Assembly: GCF_038025025.1 (NCBI RefSeq)
Contig: NW_027117343.1
Location: 806,001 to 870,000 of the forward strand
DNA: 64,000 nt
Direction: 5' to 3'
Source of the DNA: Phyllosticta citribraziliensis
Lineage: Eukaryota
Below are positions 1 to 10,332 of the stretch, in pieces. Numbering within the stretch: the stretch's first letter is position 1; each line of letters starts with the position of its first letter. The notes beneath the pieces were generated by a model. That model had not been told where the DNA came from. It saw nothing but the letters and a program-made list of their open reading frames with translations, and did not search any database. The position numbers and the translations under genes were made by a program.

Positions 1-165
1 GGTGGCCGGTATGTCGTGCCCCCGGCTTTATGTGGAGTTGCGTGGTACTAATTCTGATCCAGGTTCTTGAGCGCGAGCGTCGCGGAAAAGTATGGCCTAG
101 ATATCCCGCCGTACCAAGGCATTGATCAGGTGGTCGAGGTGCCTGTGGACGGGCAGAAATTGTAG
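1..165 (+). CDS. 3' end of NAD(P)H-hydrate epimerase (YjeF_N / NAXE-like), partial: exon ..1-8, intron 9-62, last exon 63-165
   Basis: GTATGT donor at 9, CTAAT branch, CAG acceptor at 62. The spliced translation GGR-FLSASVAEKYGLDIPPYQGIDQVVEVPVDGQKL* matches the remembered C-terminus of fungal YjeF_N epimerases (GGRF...KY.L..P.Y.G.DQ.VE). Confidence 0.75.
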
Positions 166-375
166 AGGTCACGAGCACGATCGCATGAAGCATATGAATC
201 CACTTTGTTTGTCTGAAAAGCAATTCTTGTTGCTCATATTGTATCTAACGCTCATGGAAGACACAATAACAATTCCTCGTCTTGAGACGTCGCGCCCAAA
301 TCTTGTCTATTCCCAGCTAAATCGCATATATATCACACAACCTCAACGCCAACGCTTCCAATGCTAATTGTGCGC

Positions 376-1241
376 CTATTTGCCGTGGACAAAGACGCGC
401 TCCTCGAGGGGCTGCTGGTTCTTGGGGCCAGGCTCGCCGGCGCGGCCGCCAAAGACCAGCTGGGCACGCAGGGCCCAGTCGGCGGGGATGTTCCACTCGT
501 TCGACGCCTTTTGGTCGATGACGGGGTTGTAGTGCTGGAGGTTGGCGCCGAAGCCCTCGGCCTCGAGGCCGGCCCAGAGCGTGAACTGGTGCATCGCCGA
601 GGTGTGCTCGCTCCAGGTGGGGAAGTGCTGGGCGTAGAGGGCAAACTTTTGCTGCAGCTCCTGGACGGGCTTGGGGTCTTCGTAGAAAAGGATCTGCGGG
701 GAGAAACGATGTTAGTCTTGGTCATTTGAAGGCTCGGGGAGGGAGAGGTTCTTACGGTGCCGTAGCCGGCCTTGAAGCCGTCGAGCTTCTTCTCGGTGGC
801 AGCAAAGGCCTCAGCGGGGACCTGGGGCTTCAGGACCTCCTTGACCGACTCCCAGAACTTGTCGTGCTCGGCCTTGAGCAGGACGACGACGCGGGTGCTC
901 TGGCTGTTGAACGACGAGGGCACCGACAGCACCGTCTGGTTGACCAGGTCGACGATGCGGTCGTCGGAGATGGGGGCTTCCTTGTTGAGAGCATAGTAGG
1001 TGCGGCGCTCCTTGACGGCGTCGATGAAGCTCTTGGTGGCAGACATGGCGGCGGAGGTGCTAAAGGACGAGGCGCGGGGTATCACGGAGGAGGAAGCTGG
1101 AGGGGTAGCTCGGTGTGAAGAAGTAACTTTGGAGGCGCCGAAGCAGCAGCTTTTGTATGTCCGCGGCGCGAGTCCTGTTCCCCGGACGTGCGAGAGAATT
1201 GGTAAGGCTTTCCTAAGCACCGCTTGCGGTGGGGCAGCCAT
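376..1241 (-). CDS. Nitroreductase family protein (Frm2/Hbn1-like); intron 694-755; core starts at ATG 1046, with an in-frame upstream ATG at 1241 adding a presequence-like extension
   Basis: Motifs RRTYYAL, PSSFNSQSTR, GYGT|ILFYED, WSEHTSAMHQF, GANLQHYNP, WALRAQLVFG. GTAAG...ACTAAC...CAG intron restores the frame. Confidence 0.9.
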
Positions 1242-3355
1242 GTATCCTGAAACTTTCCCTCTTGACAAGGCCAAATGTATGCTGAAAGAAAGCCGTCGGC
1301 TTGCGTGATGGAAGTTCCGTGAAGAAGCTCGTCGAATCGGTATCCAATCAACCGAGACGGAATCGTGGCTGCGGCATTGGAAACGACGGCGCCTCGTCCG
1401 CGCCTCTGTTTTTATCAATCATAGTCGCGCTCGACGACAGGCGCGAGTTCCGACGTCTTTGTAATCGCTCTTTAGGGCCGCGATGGTGTATTGAGGGCGA
1501 GACGGACGGGTTTGTTACTTGAAGACATGTATTGTCTGATAAATCCGACGCGGAGCGGCCGCGATCCGACATCCGATCGTCTGACGTCGCTTTGTTTGGA
1601 GCGGAATCGTCCCGCCCCGCCCTCTCCAGGTCGCTGTCAGCGGGGTCCTGGTGCCTTCGTCCACGGTTTCCGTACCGTCTTGCTTCGTTGTGAGGCGCTT
1701 CGAATCGTCCAGGGATACACACGGCAGAACGTTGCGATGGTTCCTGTCGTTCCGTGTCTGCTGGGGACCGCTCCTGCTGGTCCAAAATTGACTTCTTTCT
1801 GTTTGTCGCTTTTGAGACCGGCTACTGGCGAAGTTGAATCTCTTTTGCCAAAGTCGCTGTCCGATTCTCAACAACAGCCTCCTCTCACGACCTCCAGACT
1901 TCAGCTCCTTCTCTGGAAGCCACTCGTTTGACCATGTCGCCATTTCGGTCCATCGTTGAAAGCAAGGAGGTAGGTCAAGCAAGGCACACAATTGCTACGT
2001 ATTTCCCATCTTCGTTGCAGTGGAGGCGGAGCACAGCGTGGATTCGTAAGCGTGGCGCTGTCGTCGTAGGAGAATCCGGGGTTAGCAGGCTTGCCAGGAG
2101 TAAGCGCACACAAGGGATGGGAAATTCCCGACGCTGGCAAACGTAGGTGGCTTCGGTTGCCGCCATCTGACAAGGCTAGGTCGAAATCTAAATTCGACTG
2201 CACTGGAGATGGGCGGTTGGATGGTAAGTCAACGGTCTTGGAGAATGTTGAGACTCGGAGGAAATGGGATAATTTCAAGGCCAGTGAAGCGTTTGACACC
2301 TGCGGTCCTTCTGCTGACTGTCGTTTGCTTGGATTCCAGTTTCGATCTTGAGGACACTGCGCTAACGACAAGTCAATTCCACACGCTCAAGTCTCTTGTC
2401 TCTCGCAATTGTGGCATCATCACATGCAGAATAGCCGCGGACTTTTTCGTACAGGAGTCTCTTCGTCGTCATGATCCCACGCAAGGAACTCCAATAGCGG
2501 CTCACAATGTAGCAGCACTGATCCGTACAAGAGGCTGAGGATGAATCTCGCAGCATGGTCCGAGACCATTAAGCATAACAAGCATAAATCCCATAGTGGC
2601 CTGTTTTGCCCATTTCGATCTCGATTCTGGCTAATTGAAAAACAAATCGACCAAAGACGGATTCGACTGACACTGGTAACATTTTCACAAAATATTGATG
2701 TTTTTTCAAGTCCAAACAGTCTGTTTACCCGGCCTTGTGCAGCGGGTGCAAAGGCCCTGCCGGGGACCCCTGCTGTTCGGAAGCGAGGCTCTCTTTTGCT
2801 GCGGCCGATTTCGCCTTTTCAACACCACGGGTTTGTCTGGACCTCGCTCCAATCCACCTTTTGCCATTCGTTCGGAATTCTCCTCAAAAATATCCACCGT
2901 TCCGTCCCTTTCACCTGCATCCGCATCAACGCCAAGAAAGTGCTTAGCGAAGCTTGCACCGTCAACCTACCTGTTGTGGTCTCGAGGCCGTGTTGCCAAG
3001 ATTTAAAATGAACCAGATGGAGGACCAAGCGTTGATTATCATCCTAACTCCGAGCATCACCTAGATCTCCGAGAGATATTTCAGTCTTGTACTTCGCTCC
3101 TCATATACAAACACCGAGGACGCTGACTCTAGGTACCGTGTTATTCGCAAAGCCAGCTTCGGCTGGGCAGGACCGAGATGGCAAAAGATTCTCATGCCTC
3201 CACCCTTCCGAGGCCTTTGATACAGCTGCCGCATTCCGGATATAAACAGCACCAAATGGCAGTCTTTCTATGATTCAGTCAAATTCTCGTCCTTCTTTTG
3301 ATGCCTACGTCCTCGAGGCGCTAGACTTGTCGTTTTTGCACTGGAAAATCCAAAA

Positions 3356-5340
3356 ATGAAGTTATCCATCGTCTCTCTCTTCGGCCTCGGCGCGAGCAGT
3401 GTCATTGCTGCTCCCCGCCTTGGGCATTATGAGCTGGCAAACCAGTTTGATACCCAGTGGAAATCTCACTCTACGCGCGGTCTGCCTGCCGAGGGCAAGA
3501 AGGGTACGATCTTCACGCCAATCATCTCTCCAGAGCTAATTGTCTATCAACAGGAGTCTTCTTTATGAATCGGATCGCCCCAAGTGTCTCAACACTTTAC
3601 ATTGCCGACGCGGATGGTAGCAACGCTCGGAAGCTCCTGGGAAACAGCTCCTCGTTCGACTACCATGGTCATTTCTCGCCAGACGGCCAGTGGGTCATCT
3701 TCACCAGCGAACGCAATGGTGACGGCAACTCGGATATTTACCGTGTGAGAACAAACGGTTCGGGACTGGAGCAGCTTGTGGCTACTCCTTCTTTTGAGGA
3801 TGCGGGAGTCATTTCGCCCGACGGGAAGCAACTTGCGTACGTCTCAACGGCCAACGGATACAAGTCCAACATCTGGGTCATGGACCTTGCCACAGGGGAG
3901 GCGCGCAACCTGACCAACACCCCTGAGACGGTCGGCGAGTCATGGTCACCAGACGGCCACTTCCGCCCTGCCTGGTCGCCCGACGGTGCGTGGATTGCCT
4001 TTTCCTCGGACCGCAATACTCAGTGGATTGGCCACGGCAACGGTTCGGGCTGGGAGCACACTCAGGAGCTATCTGTCTACGCGATCCGTCCCAACGGTAG
4101 CGACTTTCGTCAAGTGGCTACCAAGTCTGGCTACTCTCTCGGCTCACCAAACTGGTCTCCCGACGGCGAGCGCATCGTCTTCTACGAAATTACGCGGGAG
4201 AACACTTGGGGCGCGCACCGTCCTGAGGATGTCAACACTGTCGATGCTCAGATTGTCTCCGTCGACTTTGCTACTGGCGAAGACCGCATTCAACACACTT
4301 CCGGCTCGGCTCTGAGTATGTACCCGCAGTGGATTTCCGAGGATAATATTGGCTACCTCATCAAGGCTGGAAACGACGAAGGCCTCAACTACACGTCTGG
4401 CGCCACTCCGTACAAGTTGACTTCGATGCGGTCGCCCTCATGGTCTCCTGATGGCAAGCAAGTCGTGTACGAAGTGACTAGCTTCACGCCAATCCGCCCC
4501 ATGGAGAAGAAGCTCTACAGCTGGGACGGCGACTGGGAGTACCGCTTCACCGACGTGTTCCCGCAACTTTCGAATCAGGGCAAACTTGCCATCACGCAGA
4601 AGCAACTAGGCAATTCGTCCGTCGTCACCATGGACCCTGACGGAATGAACATGAAGCTTGTCTTTGACACGTACTCCGGCGAGGTAAACGCTTCGCTAGT
4701 CACCCAGGGCCTAGCTGGTGCCTTCCAACCCGCCTGGTCCCCTGACGGCGAGTGGATTGCCTTTGGTCTAGGCTCATGGTTCCAGGCGCGTGCCACGGGA
4801 AAAGCGCGCGTCTACCGTACGACGTCCAACGGCTCCTACTACGAGGCACTAACCGACGGCACGGTGCACTCTGGCTTCCCCAGCTACTCGGCCGATGGGC
4901 GGTACATTGTCTTCCGCGAGTGGGGAGTGCGCTACGGCTTGCGCATCATCGACCTGACGGACAAGAGCATGCGCTTCCTGACGAACGCAACCGACAACCT
5001 CCCCTTCTGGTCGCCCGACGGCGAGAGCATCGTCTTTACGCGCAAGACCAACTCCACCAACTTTGACGTGTGCACCATCCGGCCGGACGGCAGCGAATTG
5101 CGTATTCTTACTTCTAGCGGCGCCAACGACGCTCACGCCGTGTGGTCCCAAGATGGTCGTATCCTCTACAACAGCGGCGAGTACGGCTTCCGTGAGGAGT
5201 GCGCCGTCTACGACGACACGTTCCAGCCGTATGGCCAGATCATGAGCATGAATGCGGATGGCTCGAACAAGACAATGCTGACGGACAGTATGTGGGAGGA
5301 TTCGATGCCGCTTTATGTCTCTAATGAGTATTTGTATTGA
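3356..5340 (+). CDS. Secreted beta-propeller protein with TolB-like PD40 (WSPDG) repeats, saponin-hydrolase-like; intron 3504-3553
   Basis: Signal peptide MKLSIVSLFGLGASSVIA. About 9 F/WSPDG-type repeats and many N-glycosylation sequons. GTACG...GCTAAT...CAG intron joins the 70-aa and 627-aa ORFs in frame. Saponin-hydrolase resemblance is from memory only. Confidence 0.85.
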
Positions 5341-5695
5341 GAGATGGGAGCTGATGGGTGTTCTTCGTTTGTAAATATTGTATGTCTACGGACAGGAATT
5401 CGGATTTGAATATGAAAAGATGTTTGTCATTTCTGGGCATTTGGAGCTTGCAACTACTTGCTATTTCGATTGGCCCGAGGTGCTCGCAATTTTGATGGCG
5501 ACGCGGTCATGAATTCATCTCGGCGCGATCAAAGTAAGCGGCACAGCCAAAAGATGTGGCCAGCTGCTTAATTCCGCCCTAGGATTTGCGCTCGGACCAG
5601 GGCCAAACATCTTCGTCTCTGGCCTTTCGACTTCCCAGCTTCACAATCAACATGCCTACATATCCTTTGCGCCTTGTCTAGGAATCTTCCACATC

Positions 5696-6733
5696 ATGTT
5701 CTCCCGCACGCTGCCTCGGCTGCTGGGGCCAGCGCAGCGGCTTTGCTCGACACCAGAGGCACTGGTATCCACCAGAAGCATGCGCAAACATCTCGACCTG
5801 AAATGGGATACGCCCCGGATCCAACAAGTGCCAATGCTGCTTGAGGAGCTGAAAGAGATACATGGACTTCCTGGCATGGTCAAGATTATCGAAGGGGTCA
5901 TGCCCGAGGTGCGGAGCAGGCTGCAGACAGCAACGCCCAGCGATAGCCGCGAAAAGCATGACGCGAAGCAGGCTCGGAAGCAGCTCGAGCGGCTCAAGCA
6001 AGATGAATCCGACCCAGAAAAATATTTTCGCATTTTTGTCACCCAGATCTCGTCGAGAAGCGCTGTGCAGCGCGAGATTCTGGCGCTAGGTCGAGGGTTG
6101 AGCGTGCCGCACGCCCAGCTTCAGCATGACAATCTCCTGGCCTGCGTTCAGCACTTGTTCGACAGCGACAATTACCTATCTTTCGACAGCGCTCCTGAAA
6201 GAGCAAAGACCGAGACTTGGTTAGCGTGGGAGTACCTTCATCTGGGAAAGATGCAAGGCAATGCCATGGAATTTTACAGACAGAAGAGCCCTCTCGAGGC
6301 CGTTTCCATGAAGGACCCTGTCAAAGAGACGGAGAGCTTGTACAGGGTTTTGGACAGGGCACTTGGTGAGGAGCGCAGCTATCTTGTCGGCGGTGGGGGT
6401 GGCAAGTTCTCCGTGGCAGACATTGCAGTCTTTGGCTGGGTCAACGTCGCGTACCATTCCGGGATCAACTTGGAACGATTTCCCAATATCAAAACATGGT
6501 GGAAGCGGATCTTGGAGCGACCTGCGATCCAGTACGCGCTGGAGAGGACGAAGATTCGGGCGAAATACAACACGGGGTTTCTTGAAGCAATGGAGCGTAC
6601 CCCCCAGTTCAGAGAGCAAGAAGAGTCACTAAGGGAAGGCATGCGAGAAGCGTTGCGAAAGGCAAAAAAGGCGGCCAGGCTTCAATCTGCAAAGAGTCAA
6701 TATGGACGGGAACAGAGCATGGGGCCGTCGTGA
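5696..6733 (+). CDS. Divergent glutathione S-transferase-like protein (Ure2p/GstA/YfcG-type), 345 aa, intronless
   Basis: N-terminal remnant WDTPRIQQVPMLLEELKEIHG; LGKMQGNA; C-terminal YLVG...KFSVADIAVFGWVN...LERFPNIKTWWKRILERPAIQ typical of the GST C domain. Confidence 0.75.
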   Translation: MFSRTLPRLLGPAQRLCSTPEALVSTRSMRKHLDLKWDTPRIQQVPMLLEELKEIHGLPGMVKIIEGVMPEVRSRLQTATPSDSREKHDAKQARKQLERLKQDESDPEKYFRIFVTQISSRSAVQREILALGRGLSVPHAQLQHDNLLACVQHLFDSDNYLSFDSAPERAKTETWLAWEYLHLGKMQGNAMEFYRQKSPLEAVSMKDPVKETESLYRVLDRALGEERSYLVGGGGGKFSVADIAVFGWVNVAYHSGINLERFPNIKTWWKRILERPAIQYALERTKIRAKYNTGFLEAMERTPQFREQEESLREGMREALRKAKKAARLQSAKSQYGREQSMGPS

Positions 6734-7046
6734 AGGTGGCACGGCGAGGCGCTGAATGGAACCGCGCGCGTAGCTACAGAACCGACGGCCAGCCAGAGCG
6801 GCACAGCGACAGCCAGTCGTTCATCCGAAACACAAACGGCTTGCGACAAGGCGACATGTTTCGATTGAGGATTTTGGCATGCGCTGCAGCTCTCGAAGCA
6901 CCGTCGGCGGTTGGAGTTGGTGGCAGCCAATGGATTGGGGCCCATGACGTGAGGGCGCGGGAGCAAGGGTCAAGGTGCCCTGTCTCTTTTGCCGCCGCCA
7001 TCATTCTTCGAGGAGGCCAGTTTCAGGAATGCCGACCGACTTCGCG

Positions 7047-7090
7047 ACCACCACCACCACCACCACCACCACTGTGCGAGCTGCTATAAA
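7047..7090 (+). promoter_or_regulatory. (ACC)8 microsatellite followed by a TATAAA box upstream of the MARVEL gene
   Basis: ACC repeats at 7047-7070 and TATAAA at 7085-7090, followed by a CT-rich leader. Confidence 0.4.
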
Positions 7091-7573
7091 TCTTCCTCGT
7101 GCCCGCCACACCTGCCACCATCCGTTCCTCACCCATCTCACTCTTCAGTCTTTTTCCCCGGCAGTTGACCTGTCGACGGCGCTCACGGTAATAAAGAAAT
7201 AATCGTCTCTTTGAGCGGCATCTCGTCTTTGTCCTCTCTCTTTGTCGCGACTCCCATTTTTGGCCCACCCCGCCTTGTCCCCTCCTCCTCGTCTTGACAA
7301 TCACATTGTCCACTTCGACCGCCACTCGCGTGCGACCATTCATAAACACTGCGCCCAACCTCGACTCTCGACAATCCCATCATCCATTTCACCGCGCACT
7401 CACCTTTTGACAAGGTCCATCTCCAACCAACTTTTTCCCAAACAAGTAAGTCCACTCCTCTCCAGCGTCACGGCGAGCTTGCTCGAAAGACACGGACCCC
7501 CAGAAGCTGTATTATATTTGTTTGCAATCACCAACACTCGTGTCTCACTTCTAGGTCGCCGGCGACTAACATC

Positions 7574-8311
7574 ATGGCAACAGCCGCAGTTCTCGCCAAG
7601 CCCGTCCTCAAGTTCGCCTTCAAGCAGGGCAAAAAGGCGTACAACAAGCGCCAGTACCAGAAGCAATTCGACCAGCAATCCCAAGAGCACTACGTCCAGC
7701 ACGACCACGCCTTCCCGAGCACTCTGCACTCTCAACAACATCAACAACCTACGGCCCCTCCGCCAGCACACACCACCGACTCTTATCCCTACCAGCACTC
7801 GTACAACCAGTCCAACATGCTCAACCTCGGCAGCAGACTCCCCAAGGCCGACAGCGGCTCCGGCACCTTTGGCCTGTACCTGCGCATCTTCACGCGCCTC
7901 TTGCAATTCGTCATCGGGCTCACCGTGTGCGGGCTCTACGGGCGCGACCTGCACGCCGCACAGAAGGCCGGCGTCTACGCCGACTCGAAATGGGTGTACG
8001 CCGTGACGGTTGGCGGCCTCTCGGCGCTGACGGTCCTCATCTACATGATCCCGCTGTTCAAGAGCGCGACGCTGTTCGCGTGGGACTGGACGCTGTGGCT
8101 GCTCTGGCTGGTGCTGTTCGGCATCTTCGGCAAGATGTACATTTCCGAGGACGCAGAGGGCGACGCCGGCGTCCAGCGCATGAAGAACGCCGTTTGGGTC
8201 GACCTGACGGCCCTGCTGCTGTGGACCTCGACCGCCGCCTACGGTGCCGTCGCCTTTTGGCGCGCCAGGCGCGACGTCCAGCTGCCGTACGCGAAGAGCG
8301 AGGAGGCTTAG
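7574..8311 (+). CDS. MARVEL-domain four-TM membrane protein, 245 aa
   Basis: R..QFVIGLTVCGLYG.DL, SKWVYAVTVGGLSALT, WDWTLWLLWLVLFGIFGKMYI and RMKNAVWVDL are the typical fungal MARVEL motifs; strong GC3 codon bias. Confidence 0.88.
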   Translation: MATAAVLAKPVLKFAFKQGKKAYNKRQYQKQFDQQSQEHYVQHDHAFPSTLHSQQHQQPTAPPPAHTTDSYPYQHSYNQSNMLNLGSRLPKADSGSGTFGLYLRIFTRLLQFVIGLTVCGLYGRDLHAAQKAGVYADSKWVYAVTVGGLSALTVLIYMIPLFKSATLFAWDWTLWLLWLVLFGIFGKMYISEDAEGDAGVQRMKNAVWVDLTALLLWTSTAAYGAVAFWRARRDVQLPYAKSEEA

Positions 8312-9285
8312 GTGCCCGACGCGCAGCACGGCGAGCGCGGCGAGAAGGACTGCTGTTGTGCGTGCATGGACAAGTGATGCGCCATCCCCACTGCGGCGAG
8401 GAGGTACCGCGGACATGAGTGGAGTGGAGCACGAATGAATGGGCTGGCTGGCTGGCTGATGCGCGCGCCTTTTGTGCCGCGCAGGCGTTCGTTGATGGGC
8501 TTCGCGTTTGGCTCGATACCCACCACCTCTCTTATTTATTACTTGCGAATCAAAAATCAAGTTCATGACTCCTCAACTCTACTATTTCCTCTTTGCTCCT
8601 CTGTCTTGTCCCTGAACGTGTATGTCTATGTTTGGGTGCTGCGTATTGTACTTAGTCGCAGCGGCGTTGCGCGAGCTCAACCAAGAGAAGGACTACACTG
8701 CAAGTGAAAGTGAAAGAGGACCTGACCCGCCAGCAGCACTCCAGCTGTCGTCTGTACGCATCGGCAGCGACGGGAATACTCGCTTGTCTGAATGTTCTGC
8801 CCGCATGTCTACATAGGTAGTAGATGTGCCCAAAGCAGCCATCAATCACATACCTGTATCCAGTGCAGTCTCTGCCCACTATTTCACGGAAAGAGTCTCT
8901 TCTCTCTGCATACGTTCCTTGCAACCCTCTCCAATAACCCCACGCCCAAAGCAGCCATCACGTGCAGTGGTCAAGTCTTGGAATTCTTGAGAGAGCGATG
9001 TTTGGGAAAAGGTGCATAGGCAAATGCAGCGCGGTTGAATGGTCCTCGGACGCATTTGGACGTCATGTGACGGGTTGGAAGATTAGGACCTAGAAAGGGG
9101 GAGAGGATTTCTTTAGTTTGGCTACATGCATATACTCGGGCTACTCTGACTGCTTTGACCCAGTCCGTTCAGTATTTGCAACCATCCAGCCAGTCTTGCA
9201 TTGCACTCTTACTCTGGCTCTGCTGGAGGTGTAGCGTACGAAGTACGCAAATCACTCAAGACGCAAATCATCATTGCTTTGAAGT

Positions 9286-9625
9286 TTCGATTTCGATTCC
9301 GATTCCGACGCATTATGAGAAGAAACTTTCGCGCACTCAAAAAAACGAACTCCGAACTCCGAACAGCAAAACTCCTCCATCCCACCGCTCGATCCCAGAG
9401 CTTTTCTTTCAGACCGATTGCTCCACCGCCCCATGCGTGCGTGCGTGCAACCATGCAGTCCGGAATACCGTCGGAGCACCGGAAGGTAAACTTCAAAACT
9501 GCCGACTGCTTACACTGAGAACCGCAACTCCTCCGCTTTGAACACCGTAAACCGCAAAACCGCAAAAGTCCTCCGCAGCAACTTCCCGCAAACACCAGAA
9601 AAGCAGAAACCAGAAACCAGAAACC
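9286..9625. repeat. Cluster of short tandem repeats (TTYCGA x4, AACTCCG x2, ACCG[CT]AAA x3, CAGAAA[AC]N x4) at the left edge of the structured block
   Basis: Seen directly: ttcgatttcgattccgattccga, aactccgaactccgaac, accgtaaaccgcaaaaccgcaaaa, ccagaaaagcagaaaccagaaaccagaaacc. Confidence 0.7.
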
Positions 9626-9656
9626 CTCCGCGTGGTGCCCGAATGGCGTGGAAAAG

Positions 9657-10210
9657 GCGCCGTATGTACAAGTGCCGTGCCGTCGTAGTGTTGTCGTCGC
9701 CAGAAGACCGAGAGTGTGTTTGTGCTGCTTGCCGCAAGAAATAGGCAGACAAAGGTGTGGCAGCGGCGGTCGATGGATGAGGGACGACGGAAGGACGGAC
9801 GGACGAGTGGCGCAGGGCGTAAAGTGTTTGTTTGTTTGTCGCAGCACGCACGAGCGGGTGCTGGCCTTTGCCATTCAATAAGCACGCCCCCAAAGGCTGG
9901 GGCACCGAGTGTACATGAGAGTCGACGGCCGTGGGTGGATGCGTCGAGTCCGAAGAGAAGAGAGTAAGAGCGCCGTATGTACAGGTGTCGTTGTAGTCGA
10001 AGTACCGAGAGCCGCGTATTGCAAGAAGGCGAAGCAGCGTAGAGTGTCGGACGACGGATGATTAACGACGAAGGCGCAAGGCGGAAAGTGTTTGTAGCAG
10101 CACACACTAGCGGGTGCTGGCCAATGCCATTCAATAAGCACGCCCCCAAAGGCTGGGGCACCGAATGTACATGAGTCGACGGCCATAGAGGCGGCAAATG
10201 TGTCGAGCCA
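9657..10210. repeat. Two imperfect tandem copies (period ~255-315 bp), repeat family 1
   Basis: GCGCCGTATGTACA at 9657 and 9970. A ~75-bp block CGGGTGCTGGCC..TGCCATTCAATAAGCACGCCCCCAAAGGCTGGGGCACCGA.TGTACATGAG at 9855 and 10111. Confidence 0.9.
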
Positions 10211-10332
10211 GAGGAATGTACACTGTCGAGCCGGATCAGACGCGGGAAAAGGGCGCTGAACAGTAAAGGTCGGCTGTCGAGAACAAGGCGAAAGGGCAGA
10301 CAGGAACCGGAGGGGAAGAGGTCCTGAATGGG

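Noticed and set aside
7242..8566. Long antisense or alternate-frame ORFs over the MARVEL gene (likewise over the orphan, GH16, BEACH, subtilisin and IST3 genes)
   Set aside because: Shadow ORFs caused by high GC3 codon bias of the real genes.
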